DNA of 64,000 bases from Thermodesulfobacteriota bacterium (GTDB lineage Bacteria > Desulfobacterota > Desulfobacteria > Desulfobacterales > C00003060), in NCBI GenBank assembly GCA_034189385.1, contig JAXHVD010000015.1, forward strand, positions 1 through 64,000, in the 5' to 3' direction. The notes beneath the pieces were generated by a model, which saw only the letters and a list, made by a program, of their open reading frames with translations, made no database searches and was not told where the DNA came from. Numbering within the stretch: the stretch's first letter is position 1; every line of letters begins with the position of its first letter. Made by a program: the position numbers and the translations under genes. This document shows positions 61,550 through 64,000 of the stretch, piece after piece.

Positions 61550-62359
61550 ATGAAACCACAACTGCTTCATATTTTTAGAAACACCCCCTTTGGCCGAGAG
61601 ACCCTTCTTGAGTCCTGTTACTTCTGCCGGACCATCGGGACAGAATTGGTCGCCTACGTCCCCAAGACGTCCAAGTTTCTCATGTATTTTGAAAACGACG
61701 TGGTTCAGGTGGATCTGGACAGCTCGTTTCTCTCCTCACCAGACACAGCAAAAGAACATGCCACATCGATCATCCGTTCTTCCGGACTGGCCCCACTCTT
61801 CTTTGACCCAAAAGACTTCACAGCCTCGACCTTGCCCGACATCCCCACCCATTTTGACTACATGTGTTGCCCTCGCAGCATTGTAGACCTTTCTTCGAAG
61901 ATCGGCTTGGGATACATAGGACCCCGGGTAAGAAGAATTGTCCAGAGCGCGACGTTTCCGGTCTACATCCCCAATCCCGTGTTCAAGGAGTGGAAAAGCC
62001 TCGCCGTGTTGTTCGGTGGTTCGGCCAATGCTGTGAAGGCCCTTCGATTGGCCATGCGATTGAGCAGGCTCTCCGGTTATCCTCTCAAGGTCTTTACTCA
62101 GCTAGAAAGTGACAGCAGAGCAGACTATGACAGGGTCATCAAAGAAAACGGCCTTGAAGACGCCATTGAAGATTGGACCATTTTTGAGGCAGGAAAACTG
62201 AAAGCAAATCTTTACGAAGTCCCCCACGACGCCCTTGTCATTCTGGGGGCCTATGGCCATGGCTTAATTAGGCAGCTTGCCTTTGGGAGCAAGATGGAAT
62301 TGATCCAAACCATACTGCCCAATAGCCTCTTAATCGTGGGGCCCCACTGCGCCGTTTAG
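61550..62359 (+). CDS. Universal-stress-protein-like protein
   Basis: [13 protein letters not shown]...ILGAYGHG...FGSKME USP motifs. Confidence 0.8.
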   Translation: MKPQLLHIFRNTPFGRETLLESCYFCRTIGTELVAYVPKTSKFLMYFENDVVQVDLDSSFLSSPDTAKEHATSIIRSSGLAPLFFDPKDFTASTLPDIPTHFDYMCCPRSIVDLSSKIGLGYIGPRVRRIVQSATFPVYIPNPVFKEWKSLAVLFGGSANAVKALRLAMRLSRLSGYPLKVFTQLESDSRADYDRVIKENGLEDAIEDWTIFEAGKLKANLYEVPHDALVILGAYGHGLIRQLAFGSKMELIQTILPNSLLIVGPHCAV

Positions 62360-64000
62360 TTCAAAGACAATCTTCTCCCCGTCTCCATGGCACCGTATAT
62401 GGCTCCCCTCAGAGAAATGGCCCTCCAGGATCTCCATGGCTAGTGGGTTTTCGATGTGCTTCTGGATAGCCCGCTTCAGTGGACGGGCACCAAAGGTAGG
62501 ATCAAAGCCCTCCCGTGCTAAAAGGGCCTTGGCGTCATCTGAAAGCGCCAGCGTCATATGCTGATCCGCCAGTCGCCTTTTCAAACCCTCCAGTTGGATC
62601 TCCACAATGGCATGCAGATGCTCCGGTGTGAGGTTATGGAAAATCATGATGTCGTCAATCCTGTTTAGAAACTCCGGCTTGAAACTGGCCTGAAGGGCCT
62701 CCATGACCCGTTTTTCCATTTCTTGGCGCTGATCTGCACCCAGTTCCTGGATCCAATGGCTCCCCACATTGGATGTCATGATGATGATGGTATTCTTAAA
62801 ATCCACTGTACGGCCTTGGCCATCGGTCATGCGGCCGTCATCAAGGATCTGCAAAAGCGCGTTAAAGACCTCTGGATGGGCCTTTTCGATCTCGTCAAAA
62901 AGGACCACGGAATAAGGACGGCGCCTCACCGATTCAGTAAGTTGCCCACCCTCTTCGTAGCCCACGTATCCGGGAGGGGCGCCGATGAGTCTTGAGACAG
63001 AGTGCCTTTCCATGTACTCAGACATGTCAATCCGGACCATGGCCTGTTCATCGTCAAAGAGAAACGCTGCCAGGGCCTTGGCCAGCTCTGTCTTGCCCAC
63101 ACCTGTGGGTCCCATGAAGATGAACGAGCCGATAGGACGATTGGGGTCCTGCAGGCCTGATCTGGCCCGCCGCACGGCATTGGACACGGCCACAATGGCA
63201 TCCTTCTGCCCCACGACCCGTTTTGAGAGGCGTCCTTCCATATGCACGAGCTTCTGCCGCTCCCCTTCCATCATTCGAGACACCGGAATTCCCGTCCACC
63301 TGGAAACCACCTCAGCTACATCTTCTTCATCTACTTCTTCCTTGAGCATCTTGCGTCCAGATTGCAGTTCGGAAAGGGTGGCATTGGCCTCTTCCAGGCG
63401 TTTTCTCAAGTCGGTGGTCACCCCGTAGCGAAGCTCTGCGGCACGGGCGAGGTTCCCTTCACGCTCGGCCTGCTGTTCCTCAATGCCAAGACGTTCCAGT
63501 TCCTCCTTTGCCTTACGAATGGTCTGGATGGCCTCTTTTTCATTCTGCCAGTGGGCCTTCATTTCCCGGCTCTTTTCCAGCATGGCGCCAATCTCTTTTT
63601 CAAGCTTTTTGAGCCGTTCTTTTGAGGCATCGTCCGTTTCCTTGCGCAGGGCCTCCCGTTCGATCTCGGCCTGGATGATTTTGCGCTCCACCTCATCGAT
63701 CTCGGCAGGCATGCTGTCTATCTCGATGCGGAGCCTGGAAGCAGACTCATCTATGAGATCGATGGCCTTGTCCGGCAGGAACCGATCGGAAATGTACCGG
63801 TGAGACAAAGTGGCCGCAGCCACTATGGCAGAGTCCTTGATCCGCACCCCATGATGGACTTCATATTTCTCTTTCAGGCCTCGCAAAATGGAAATGGTCT
63901 CCTCCACCGAAGGTTCGACTACGAGGACAGGTTGGAAACGCCGCTCTAGGGCCGCGTCCTTTTCCACGTGTTTGCGGTATTCGTTCAGTGTTGTGGCCCC
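62330..64000 (-). CDS. clpB: Chaperone ClpB (5' part outside the window)
   Basis: [23 protein letters not shown], long M-domain coiled coil, [24 protein letters not shown]. Confidence 0.97.
   Translation of the reverse strand, partial: GATTLNEYRKHVEKDAALERRFQPVLVVEPSVEETISILRGLKEKYEVHHGVRIKDSAIVAAATLSHRYISDRFLPDKAIDLIDESASRLRIEIDSMPAEIDEVERKIIQAEIEREALRKETDDASKERLKKLEKEIGAMLEKSREMKAHWQNEKEAIQTIRKAKEELERLGIEEQQAEREGNLARAAELRYGVTTDLRKRLEEANATLSELQSGRKMLKEEVDEEDVAEVVSRWTGIPVSRMMEGERQKLVHMEGRLSKRVVGQKDAIVAVSNAVRRARSGLQDPNRPIGSFIFMGPTGVGKTELAKALAAFLFDDEQAMVRIDMSEYMERHSVSRLIGAPPGYVGYEEGGQLTESVRRRPYSVVLFDEIEKAHPEVFNALLQILDDGRMTDGQGRTVDFKNTIIIMTSNVGSHWIQELGADQRQEMEKRVMEALQASFKPEFLNRIDDIMIFHNLTPEHLHAIVEIQLEGLKRRLADQHMTLALSDDAKALLAREGFDPTFGARPLKRAIQKHIENPLAMEILEGHFSEGSHIRCHGDGEKIVFELNGAVGPHD

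Overview
This 64 kb window looks like chromosome from an anaerobic Desulfobacterota (deltaproteobacterial) organism; that assignment is inferred from gene content. Most of it is housekeeping and metabolic: asnS, the CBS-domain tRNA nucleotidyltransferase/S2P/trpS/scpA/scpB/rluB operon, tRNA-Val(CAC), tRNA-Lys(CTT), hisIG, PBP1A, recN, CooC plus a RACo-type ASKHA activator, pyruvate:ferredoxin oxidoreductase, sucCD, htpX and a partial clpB. The first ~3.3 kb is accessory: a probable IS3 end, membrane ORFans, and a vapBC module flanked by 99-bp direct repeats. The 45-62 kb region holds anion transport and signalling genes (ArsB/NhaD permease, TetR-SulP-two-component cluster, PtsN-ClC-USP). Four signals stand out. 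(1) A probable two-gene selenoprotein operon at 13451-13863 that the ORF track misses: an FmdB-type zinc ribbon ending ...GFS-U-A and a 54-aa single-pass membrane protein with U-x4-C, each UGA followed by a hairpin with GU at +19/+20. (2) A stand-alone sigma54-driven double-glycine-leader peptide with a Gly/aromatic tandem-repeat core (6657-6854). (3) An LCIB/theta-carbonic-anhydrase-like gene (47324-48475). (4) A 203-bp MITE with perfect 16-bp TIRs and an 8-bp target duplication upstream of the Sec operon. All calls come from reading the sequence; no searches were run.
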